Source of the DNA: a virus
Taxonomy: Duplodnaviria; Caudoviricetes
Reading direction: 5' to 3' (one strand)
Virus record (IMG/VR): IMGVR_UViG_3300020045_000613
Span: 1 to 42,388 of that record
DNA: 42,388 bases
The first letter of the stretch is position 1. Each line of letters opens with the position of its first letter. The position numbers were made by a program, and so were the translations under genes. The notes beneath the pieces were generated by a model. That model saw only the letters and a list, made by a program, of their open reading frames with translations. It ran no database searches and was not told the DNA's origin. Shown piece after piece: positions 1 through 7,681 of this stretch.

Positions 1-8
1 GTGGCTTC

Positions 9-123
9 TAGAGGCATTTGAATTGAGTATCTACCAAACGACGCGGATCGTTAGTGGTTGCGCTACTAGGCTCGGGATATAAGGCGAGTGTTGTGCGGTG
101 GATGCTCTATTGAAATGCCTGTA
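9..123 (+). ncRNA. Candidate structured RNA / tRNA leader: long closing stem with three internal hairpins
   Basis: 9-35 pairs with 97-123 (24 of 27 positions, including G-U). Internal hairpins: AACGA/TCGTT, TAGTGG/CTACTA, CTCG/CGAG. Confidence 0.45.
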
Positions 124-201
124 TGGTGGAATTGGCAGACACAGGGGCTTTAAGTCCCCCGGCTTCATTGCTTCTCGGTTCGAGTCCGAGTACGGGCACC
201 A
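117..201 (+). tRNA. tRNA-Leu(TAA) with atypical anticodon stem
   Basis: Acceptor GCCTGTA/TACGGGC plus ACCA; D arm GTG-GAATTGGCAGA-CAC; long variable arm; T arm CTCGG-TTCGAGT-CCGAG; anticodon loop TTTAAGT. Confidence 0.85.
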
Positions 202-233
202 ACTATTTGACATTGCAGAAAGGAAAACATGTC

Positions 234-1133
234 ATGTCAGATGAAGACTATGAATACGAAAAAGAAGACGATTATGATGAATACGAGGACAACACTGTGT
301 ACGATGACATCCTCACTGTAGGTGTGTCAGTAGCTAGCCTTGAGGCTGGCCTTGCTGCATTGCATGAGTTTGTCTTGGCTAATCACAATGGCGAAAGCTA
401 CAACTATGCCCTGCTTATGCAAGAAGGAGAAGACTACAGGCTCGTTCATCGTGTCGGTATGCCCTGTTGGGGAGCATTGCGTGAATACGAGAAGGGCACT
501 CGTCCTAATGATGAATGGCCCGATGATTTGCAGCATCCACGCCACATCTTCCCTGAGATGGGCAATCCCGTAGCTGTAGCTGCATGTTTCCAGCGTAGCG
601 CATGTGATGTGCCGGGAGTGCCTAGTTGGGCTAAAGGTTATAGCCCTACAATCAAGGCATGGAATACGTTCATCGAGTTTGCCTTCAATAAGGAAATTAG
701 CCCTTGGCGTAAGGCACTTAAGGACGTTGAGCTTGTTAAGAATGCCGATGGCATGTATTGGGGCTGTGTATTCAAGGATACACACATCGACCCTAACATC
801 ATGCTCGGCCTTCTTAGGTGCAATGCATTACAAAGTGCGCTGGCCAAGAATTTTGCACAAAAGTTGCAGGACCATCCCGATCTTGACCCTCGCATTGCCT
901 ATCTGTCTTGCAAGGGCATCGACTCTTACAACATGGCAGGTCGTATCATTCCCGAGCGCTGGTGGAATGGTGATCCTGTTGACATTAGTGGTGGTAAGAC
1001 GTTCTACGACCGTGAGAGCTACAACCGTCCTGACATCGAATATCTATTCGGTGGCAAGAAGAATGAGGGCGTGGTATTCACCGATGGTTGGAATGGGCCA
1101 TCTGTTGATACGATCAAGGCACTGTTTGCATAG
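234..1133 (+). CDS. Hypothetical protein with very acidic N-terminus; probable paralog of 2135..3070
   Basis: The ORF-track start at 123 lies inside the tRNA. ATG 234 follows AAGGA; 299 aa. Confidence 0.85.
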   Translation: MSDEDYEYEKEDDYDEYEDNTVYDDILTVGVSVASLEAGLAALHEFVLANHNGESYNYALLMQEGEDYRLVHRVGMPCWGALREYEKGTRPNDEWPDDLQHPRHIFPEMGNPVAVAACFQRSACDVPGVPSWAKGYSPTIKAWNTFIEFAFNKEISPWRKALKDVELVKNADGMYWGCVFKDTHIDPNIMLGLLRCNALQSALAKNFAQKLQDHPDLDPRIAYLSCKGIDSYNMAGRIIPERWWNGDPVDISGGKTFYDRESYNRPDIEYLFGGKKNEGVVFTDGWNGPSVDTIKALFA

Positions 1134-1142
1134 GAGGCAAAC

Positions 1143-1349
1143 ATGACTCTTAGACAGGCTCAAGACGTGGCATCTAGCAGGGACATGGTCATCTCTAACT
1201 ATGGAGATGAATATGTTGTTCGTTATCGTGAGGATGGTGTCTCACCACTCTCAGCTCGTGTGACACACGATCTTGATGAGGCTGCTCAGATGGCCATTGA
1301 GATGCGTAAGGAACGCTCTCAAGAACAGGCTGGTGACATTGTATTCTAA
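1143..1349 (+). CDS. Hypothetical protein (68 aa)
   Basis: GGAGG RBS; tightly packed after the previous gene. Confidence 0.75.
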   Translation: MTLRQAQDVASSRDMVISNYGDEYVVRYREDGVSPLSARVTHDLDEAAQMAIEMRKERSQEQAGDIVF

Positions 1350-1357
1350 TTTTAATT

Positions 1358-1435
1358 GGTGACGTAGCCTAACTGGACAAGGCGACAATCTTCTAAATTG
1401 TCTATATCCCGGTTCGAGTCCGGGCGTCATCTCCA
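1358..1435 (+). tRNA. tRNA-Arg(TCT)
   Basis: Acceptor GGTGACG/CGTCATC plus TCCA; anticodon arm ACAAT-CTTCTAA-ATTGT; T arm CCCGG-TTCGAGT-CCGGG. Confidence 0.93.
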
Positions 1436-1454
1436 CTATTCACAAGAGGAAGAA

Positions 1455-1595
1455 ATGTTAGCATGGCTTAAGCGTATCTTATTCCCTAGCTGGATTAGTC
1501 GTAAGCTCGAAGCATTACGAGATGCCAGATCGCCGGATTTCCTAGAAAAATACTACGAAGAAATGGACGAGGACAAAAATGCAAGGGAACGGTAA
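1455..1595 (+). CDS. Small hypothetical protein (46 aa, MLAWLKRILFPSW...)
   Basis: GAGGA RBS before ATG 1455; the longer ORF-track start overlaps the tRNA. Confidence 0.65.
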   Translation: MLAWLKRILFPSWISRKLEALRDARSPDFLEKYYEEMDEDKNARER

Positions 1596-1719
1596 CTTCT
1601 CCCCTATCTACAAGCAGACTGACAAGGAGCTACGTCCTGACAAGAAGCGAGACAAGAGGCGTCCAAAGGACGAATGGAAGAAGGAGCGTAAGCTTAAGAT
1701 CAAGGTGACTGAAGAATGA
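1579..1719 (+). CDS. Small basic protein (46 aa, MQGNGNFSPIYKQTDKELRPDKKRDKRRPK...)
   Basis: GAGGA RBS; phage-like codons (AAG, CGT); below the ORF-track cutoff. Confidence 0.6.
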   Translation: MQGNGNFSPIYKQTDKELRPDKKRDKRRPKDEWKKERKLKIKVTEE

Positions 1720-1787
1720 TAGATGATAGTGAACTTATCATATGTCTGTTATGTTTTCTTATCGGGTTTGTTATCCTTAGTAGATAG
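1716..1787 (+). CDS. Possible 23-aa hydrophobic peptide (MIDDSELIICLLCFLIGFVILSR)
   Basis: ATGA overlap with the upstream stop; one TM-like stretch. Confidence 0.35.
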   Translation: MIDDSELIICLLCFLIGFVILSR

Positions 1788-1799
1788 TATAGATACAAC

Positions 1800-2052
1800 T
1801 AGCCCCCCTTATCCCCCTAGAACTCCCTTAGTTTCCTAGGCTCGCAGCAAGGTCATATTCCCTGAACTGTGTCTACTCAATGGTAGAAGTATATCAATGA
1901 TGTGGGTAGAGGTAGGTTCCTATTCTCCAATCTAGTTTCAGATATATATAGGGAGGGAGGAGGAAGGGGCGTGAGCCTACCGACCGACTACCGACTATGT
2001 ACGTCTGACTGAAACTGAGTTGTCGAATGAGGCAGCAACACGAAAGTGTTCT
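1800..2052. ncRNA. Structured non-coding region (ncRNA or replication-origin candidate)
   Basis: Largest ORF-free gap outside the intron. GNRA-capped hairpins GGC-GTGA-GCC and AACAC-GAAA-GTGTT; long irregular stem ~1933-2017; complementary C-rich and G-rich tracts. Confidence 0.4.
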
Positions 2053-2060
2053 GTAATTGA

Positions 2061-2090
2061 TATATACTTGTTTTGTCGTCAGAATGTGAG
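2061..2090 (-). promoter_or_regulatory. Phage-specific promoter motif CTCACA-N17-GTATATA, antisense orientation
   Basis: Same boxes and spacing as the copies at 8571, 21636 and 40684. Confidence 0.7.
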
Positions 2091-2134
2091 AGAAAATATG
2101 AAAATAGTTCAGAAAACTTCAAAAGGATAAGCAA

Positions 2135-3070
2135 ATGGCACTAGATGTCATGTCTGCATACGATGAATACGCTTCCAAAGTTGGAAGCGCTAACCATCAC
2201 CAGCAGTGCCTGTTGAGAGACAGTGAATGCTGGAACACCCCTACTAACGCTGTCTATGCTGTGTTGCAGGAGAGTGGCAATCTCTGGCGTTCTTCTTATC
2301 ACATCTGCTTCGGTCGGCTGAACGAACAGAAGAACTGGAATCCCACTGTTCGTACTGACCCTGCTGCTGTCATCTTCGTACAGATTCAACAGAAGCTGCT
2401 TGATAAGCATGGCATCAGTGATGAGATGGCACACACGTATTACGAATGGCTGTTCAATTACAGCCCCTATCGTGACACCTTCATCACTAAGGATCATCGT
2501 AAGGTTCTGGCTGATAAGGTAGTGATGCTTACGGCTGATATTGATGCGTCTCTCATGCTCGGTGCCTGCTCTGCTGTTCGTCTCCCTTGGGAATCATACT
2601 ACACTGAATATAAACTACCTTCCATCGTTCATCTTTGGTGGGAGCTAGTGTCTAAGGGCAGTGATCCAACTGTGTCCCTTGCCTTGGCTAATCAGTTCAA
2701 CAAGGCTAGTGGTAGTGAATGGATTATTCGTTCTACCAAGGCAGGTCATCAGTTCCTTGACATTGATGATTCTAACACTGTCCTCAGCTTCTCTGAGGGC
2801 AAGCACATTGGCTCTCGTAAGTTCAACAAGACTCACTGCCTTGACGAAGACCTTGGCATCACTGGCATCTGGAAGCATGACCATGCTGGTTCTGTCAGTA
2901 TCGGTAACTATGGCTCCATCAAGAAGTGGCTTAACAATGCCATCGTCGGTGTTAGTGGGGCTAAGGTCAACCCCTTCAACTCTTACACCACCCCCTCGTA
3001 TAAGCTCCCTGCTCTGGTAGAGGGGCTCACTGCTGCCACCTCAACAATCAAAGGGCTAATCAATGTTTAA
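2135..3070 (+). CDS. Hypothetical protein (311 aa); probable paralog of 234..1133
   Basis: AAGGA RBS; long ORF with shared motif blocks. Confidence 0.85.
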   Translation: MALDVMSAYDEYASKVGSANHHQQCLLRDSECWNTPTNAVYAVLQESGNLWRSSYHICFGRLNEQKNWNPTVRTDPAAVIFVQIQQKLLDKHGISDEMAHTYYEWLFNYSPYRDTFITKDHRKVLADKVVMLTADIDASLMLGACSAVRLPWESYYTEYKLPSIVHLWWELVSKGSDPTVSLALANQFNKASGSEWIIRSTKAGHQFLDIDDSNTVLSFSEGKHIGSRKFNKTHCLDEDLGITGIWKHDHAGSVSIGNYGSIKKWLNNAIVGVSGAKVNPFNSYTTPSYKLPALVEGLTAATSTIKGLINV

Positions 3071-3731
3071 TATCTATGTCGTTGACGACGACAACGAAGC
3101 CCCTGCTGTAGTCGATATGTTCATGGCTGAGGGCTACGCCATTGTCGATGATCTATACGATGCTGATGTTGTCGTATTCGTAGGGGGTGAGGACATCAAC
3201 CCTGCCCTCTACAGCCAGCGTAAGCATTCAACTACACACTTCAACATCAATCGTGATGCTGATGAAATCTCCCTCTATCAAGAGGCTGTGTCTCTCGGCA
3301 TCCCTATGGCTGGCATCTGTCGTGGTGGTCAGCTACTTAACGTGCTGAATGGTGGTAAGTTGTGGCAGGATGTAGATCATCACAACTCTGGCTACCACAA
3401 GGCTTATCGTGTCGGTGATACCACTACCCCTATCACTGTCACCAGTGTGCATCATCAGATGATGGAGCCCGATCCCTTTAGTGATGTTATCATTCTCCTC
3501 ACTGCTGGTGAATCAACTAAGCTCATCTCTATGAGCGAGCTTGGCTCTATTGCTAACACAGCATATGCCCGCTATCCTGCCCTTGAACATCAGACAGATG
3601 TTGAGGCGTGCTTCTACCCCTCAACCAATTGCCTGTGCTTCCAGCCCCATCCCGAATACAATCATAAGGAAACGAAGGACGTGTTCTTCTATTTCCTCAA
3701 CAACTATGTTCTAACGAAGAAGGAAGATTGA
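3063..3731 (+). CDS. Class I glutamine amidotransferase / peptidase C26 family
   Basis: GGEDI, GICRG (catalytic Cys), SVHHQ and QPHPE motifs. Confidence 0.9.
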   Translation: MFNIYVVDDDNEAPAVVDMFMAEGYAIVDDLYDADVVVFVGGEDINPALYSQRKHSTTHFNINRDADEISLYQEAVSLGIPMAGICRGGQLLNVLNGGKLWQDVDHHNSGYHKAYRVGDTTTPITVTSVHHQMMEPDPFSDVIILLTAGESTKLISMSELGSIANTAYARYPALEHQTDVEACFYPSTNCLCFQPHPEYNHKETKDVFFYFLNNYVLTKKED

Positions 3732-3732
3732 T

Positions 3733-4140
3733 ATGGCTAAGTTTAAGATTGGCGATAAGGTAAGGCGTATCGAGGCAGGTGGCGGTTGCCCTCCAATTAA
3801 GATGGGGGAAACCTATACTGTCAAGGGGTACACTGATGACCTTGTCATGGTTGAAGAAGTTGGTGGACAATTGTTCGAGCATCGTTTTGAGCTTGCAATT
3901 TCTCTTGAAGAAAGCGCCTTAGCCCTGCTCAATAGCCTTGGCTACACTATCGCTCCCCCTAAGCCTAAGCTTACTGGTAAGTTGTATGTATACTCCTATG
4001 ATGACGGTTCTGGCCCCATCAGTTTATGCAGGAAATTAGATAATCCTGCTGGCACACTCATCGCCATTGTTGATTGGGCGGAAGGGCAGGGAATAGACAT
4101 CCCCGCTAGCGAGCCCGCTGAGCCCGATGGGAGCTTCTAG
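3733..4140 (+). CDS. Hypothetical protein with SH3-like N-terminus (KFKIGDKVR)
   Basis: AAGGA RBS; operonic packing. Confidence 0.75.
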   Translation: MAKFKIGDKVRRIEAGGGCPPIKMGETYTVKGYTDDLVMVEEVGGQLFEHRFELAISLEESALALLNSLGYTIAPPKPKLTGKLYVYSYDDGSGPISLCRKLDNPAGTLIAIVDWAEGQGIDIPASEPAEPDGSF

Positions 4141-4284
4141 GCTACCTACCCAGCCTAGACACCACTAACCCCTGCCAGTGACGCTCTCTGTGGCCGCAAT
4201 CGGGGTTCCTCGGGCTAGCCCTCGGTGATTAGTGGTTATAAGATGCCAGATGCGATAATTATTCAGAAAATATATGGAGACGAC

Positions 4285-4452
4285 ATGACTGCCAAAGAAT
4301 TGAAAGAAATTCAGCGCAAGCATGATAAGATTATGAGCACTATGTCTAGCTATGCTCATCATGCCTACCGTTGGGATATGAGAAAAGAAGACGACTATAA
4401 TGGATTCAAAGAAATGATTCTTGATATTCTGCTTGAGAGTGGGGCTAAGTAA
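4285..4452 (+). CDS. Small hypothetical protein
   Basis: GGAG RBS before ATG 4285; stop overlaps the next start (TAATG). Confidence 0.6.
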   Translation: MTAKELKEIQRKHDKIMSTMSSYAHHAYRWDMRKEDDYNGFKEMILDILLESGAK

Positions 4453-5870
4453 TGTGCGGACTAGTAGGAATGGTAGGCAGTTTCACCGACGCTGATAAGA
4501 AAGCGTTCCGAAACATGCTTAGGTTTGACGTTGTACGTGGAGAAGACTCCACGGGCATTGCTGTTGTAGACAAGGGTTCAGAGAATATCCGTGTATTCAA
4601 GAAGGTTGGCACCCCTGATATGCTCTTCAATGCCTATGAGAATTGGAGCGACCGTGGTGTATATGAAGGCCCCATTGCTAAGCTATTCATCGGTCATAAT
4701 CGTTGGGCTACTAAGGGGAAGGTGAACGACGAGAATGCCCATCCTTTTCACCATAATTCTGTCGTTGGTGCCCATAACGGCACTCTTGACAGCGTATTTC
4801 ATCTTGAAGATGGCTACAAGTTTGATGTAGACAGCGAAGCCATCTTCTACAATCTGGATAAGTATGACGCTGTTGACACTATTGGCAATATCGAGGGGGC
4901 TTATGCCCTTACATGGTATGACGCCAATGAGAACAAGCTCAAGATTATTCGTAACAAGGAACGCCCCCTTCACTGGACACGTCGCAAGGATAGCGATGTG
5001 ATCTATTGGGCATCCCTTCCTTGGATGCTTGAGCTTGGCCTAGCCTATGCCAACATCAGTCATGGTGAGGTGTATGCCTTTGAGACTGACACGCTCTACA
5101 CGTTTGACCTCGATGAGGTTGAAGATGGCAAGATGAAGGAGACTAAGTGGGCTATCAAGCGTGACGTCAAGGGTAAGGAACCTCAGTGGAAGAACTACGA
5201 CTATAGCAAGGGCTATAAGTATGTACCCCCTGAGAATAAGGGGGCAGGCAAGAGTAATGTTAGCCCTTTCAAGGCTCCCAGTTCCTCCAGCTCGTCGGCA
5301 AACTCCTCAACCGATCTGTCTAAGGATGAACTGGTGCAATGGGGAGCTTGGGAAGGCAAGGAGATTGACTTCCTCTTCCAAGGCAAGAAGAAGGGCATGT
5401 CTGGCCTTGAATATCTGTCAGCCTATCCTGCCAATCCCCTGCTCACCTATAACATTCGTGTCTTCGCTAGCAACAAGCCTGAGTATAATGTTTGGGCCGA
5501 TCAAGCACACAAGAAGACATTCACCGGCAAGGTGAAGAAGTTTGTTCGCTTTGTTGACAAGGGTAAGAAGGAATACTACCTAGCTATTGACCTTCGTACT
5601 ATTCGGGAGAAGCCCGAACCTGCTGCTAAGGAGGGCGAAAGTAGTAGCTCCCTTGAAAAAGAGCAACGTTGGTACGATGGTTTCAACCACACCTTCCTCT
5701 CCCATCGTGAGTGGGAGAAGGCCACTAGGTTCGGCTGTGAAATCTGTAACGAGACTGCTGATGAAGATGACGACTGCATTCATTGGCTAGGCGACGATAC
5801 ATTCGTATGTGGTGAGTGTGCCACGAACGAGCTGCATAAAGACTTCCTTCAAAACGCATATTCATTGTAA
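4452..5870 (+). CDS. Class II (Ntn) glutamine amidotransferase with C-terminal extension and Zn finger
   Basis: N-terminal MCG, RGEDSTG, GHNRWAT, NAHPF, HNG and DSE motifs; CxxC...CxxC at the C-terminus. Confidence 0.92.
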   Translation: MCGLVGMVGSFTDADKKAFRNMLRFDVVRGEDSTGIAVVDKGSENIRVFKKVGTPDMLFNAYENWSDRGVYEGPIAKLFIGHNRWATKGKVNDENAHPFHHNSVVGAHNGTLDSVFHLEDGYKFDVDSEAIFYNLDKYDAVDTIGNIEGAYALTWYDANENKLKIIRNKERPLHWTRRKDSDVIYWASLPWMLELGLAYANISHGEVYAFETDTLYTFDLDEVEDGKMKETKWAIKRDVKGKEPQWKNYDYSKGYKYVPPENKGAGKSNVSPFKAPSSSSSSANSSTDLSKDELVQWGAWEGKEIDFLFQGKKKGMSGLEYLSAYPANPLLTYNIRVFASNKPEYNVWADQAHKKTFTGKVKKFVRFVDKGKKEYYLAIDLRTIREKPEPAAKEGESSSSLEKEQRWYDGFNHTFLSHREWEKATRFGCEICNETADEDDDCIHWLGDDTFVCGECATNELHKDFLQNAYSL

Positions 5871-5884
5871 CGGAGAGCTAAGAA

Positions 5885-7105
5885 ATGTCTATGTTTAAGA
5901 TTGGTGCTGACCCCGAGTTCTTCCTGCGTGATAAGGCAACGGGTAAGTTTGTGTCTGCCCACGGCATTGTGCCGGGCACTAAGCGTCAGCCCCTCCCTGT
6001 TGATAAGGGTGCTGTTCAGGTTGATGGTATGGCTCTTGAGTTCAACATTGATCCTGCTGAATCTGCCGATGAGTTTGCTGGCAACATCAAGACTGTCCTC
6101 ACTCAGCTTCGTGAGATGGTTGACCCTCAGCTTGAGTTTGTCTTCGAGCCTGTCGCTAACTTCGGCAAGGAATACATTGACAGCCAGCCTATGGTGGCTA
6201 AGGAGTTGGGCTGTGAGCCTGATTACAATGCTTGGACTGGCAAGATTAATCCTAAGCCCAATGCTGACATGGGTTTCCGCACTGCCTCTGGTCACGTTCA
6301 TATCGGTTGGACAAATCAGCAGGACATCACGCATCCCGATCACATCGAAGCATGTCACATGCTGGTGAAGCAGCTTGACTTCTATCTCGGTATGCGTGCC
6401 CTGTTTTGGGACAAGGATGAGATTAGAAGCTCCATGTATGGGGCTCCCGGTGCTTATCGTCCTAAGCATTATGGTGTTGAATATCGTGTGCTGTCTAACG
6501 TGTGGCTCAAGAATCCCAATCTTATTCGTTACGTCTTCAATCAGACTATGAGTGCTGCCACCCAGCTTATCAACCAGAACAATATCGTTGGTCACTGGGA
6601 CTTGAATCGTGTACGTTCGTCCTATAGCAAGGACTCTCTCTTGGAGATGATTGGCTTCGGTCTTCCTCACCTTGAGAGCAAAGACACCAAGATGATCAGG
6701 GCTCTCATCAATCTCAGCGAAGAACGTCCTTGCATTGTTGAGCGTCAGCGTAAGATCAATGACGAGATGTACTTCTACCATCGTGAGACTGGTAATCTTG
6801 TCCCCTTCGAGGCAGCTATGACTGATCGTATGTACTATCACGACAATCATTTTGTCCGCTACTGCCGTGACTACAATCTCGGTAAGCCCACTAATGCAGC
6901 CGATGCTGAGAAGCGCTACCTTGATATGATGGAGGCTGCTATGGCACCACCTGCTGTGGCTAAGAAGACCAAGAAGATTGCTGTAGGAGACTCAGTTTGG
7001 TCTTTCGGTTATGGTACGGGAGCAGCACCTACTGGTTCATACGCTCTCGCTCTTGATGACATCTCCAACATCCCATCCACTCTCGCTACCCCCGGAGGTA
7101 TCTAA
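5885..7105 (+). CDS. phiEco32-like COOH-NH2 ligase type 2
   Basis: IGADPEFF, QVDGMALEFN, GCEPDYNAW, RTASGHVHIG and YGVEYRVLSN motifs. Confidence 0.9.
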   Translation: MSMFKIGADPEFFLRDKATGKFVSAHGIVPGTKRQPLPVDKGAVQVDGMALEFNIDPAESADEFAGNIKTVLTQLREMVDPQLEFVFEPVANFGKEYIDSQPMVAKELGCEPDYNAWTGKINPKPNADMGFRTASGHVHIGWTNQQDITHPDHIEACHMLVKQLDFYLGMRALFWDKDEIRSSMYGAPGAYRPKHYGVEYRVLSNVWLKNPNLIRYVFNQTMSAATQLINQNNIVGHWDLNRVRSSYSKDSLLEMIGFGLPHLESKDTKMIRALINLSEERPCIVERQRKINDEMYFYHRETGNLVPFEAAMTDRMYYHDNHFVRYCRDYNLGKPTNAADAEKRYLDMMEAAMAPPAVAKKTKKIAVGDSVWSFGYGTGAAPTGSYALALDDISNIPSTLATPGGI

Positions 7106-7681
7106 ATGCAGGGATATGACACAGCAGAATATGCAGGCTCTCGTCTCACTGAGACAGTGATTCGGCTTGGTGAGAAGCCTGTCCTTGTACATGCCGTAGA
7201 CTACGATAAGGAAGGGCGTATTCGTATCAAGTACGAAGACATCATGGAAGATATTATCAACCGTGATACGATTGATAAATTCAACCTTGATCCTGTCCCT
7301 CTTGGGTATGTCAATGCTGATGGTGAGGCACGTTACGTTACACGTATGCCTCTCCGTAACGATTGGAAGCAGGGCATCAGACAGCGTAGCATCTGTGACG
7401 TTGGTGGCTATGGTGTCAACCATATTCCCTACCGTACCATTGGCTACACTATCATGGGCAAGTTCCCTAAGCTCTCCACTGTGCTTGATCGTGTCTCTCG
7501 TGGGCATTCATCAATGGCTTTCTCTCGTGAGTTTGCTATCACTAGCACTGGTACGCTCAAGTATAAGTCCCTCTTCGATGTGGGGCAGGTTAATATGAAT
7601 AACGGCAGTGTTGCTATTGATCCAGCATGTAGCTGGGTGAAGGAACATTACGATGAAGTCATGGAGAACGTAGCAGCATGA
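7106..7681 (+). CDS. Hypothetical protein within the ligase cluster (191 aa)
   Basis: GGAGG RBS; abuts both neighbours. Confidence 0.85.
   Translation: MQGYDTAEYAGSRLTETVIRLGEKPVLVHAVDYDKEGRIRIKYEDIMEDIINRDTIDKFNLDPVPLGYVNADGEARYVTRMPLRNDWKQGIRQRSICDVGGYGVNHIPYRTIGYTIMGKFPKLSTVLDRVSRGHSSMAFSREFAITSTGTLKYKSLFDVGQVNMNNGSVAIDPACSWVKEHYDEVMENVAA

Noticed and set aside
123-233. N-terminal extension of the first ORF, and reverse ORFs over the tRNAs (31..213, 1251..1436)
   Set aside because: They overlap tRNA genes; the ATG with an RBS is at 234.
1976-1997. CCGA/CTA short repeats as a CRISPR array or iterons
   Set aside because: Units are only 4-7 bp with no spacers; better explained as one strand of an irregular hairpin.
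5849-6850. 333-aa antisense ORF (also 7648..8307 and 15399..16040)
   Set aside because: Shadows of strongly codon-biased + strand genes; no RBS or motifs.
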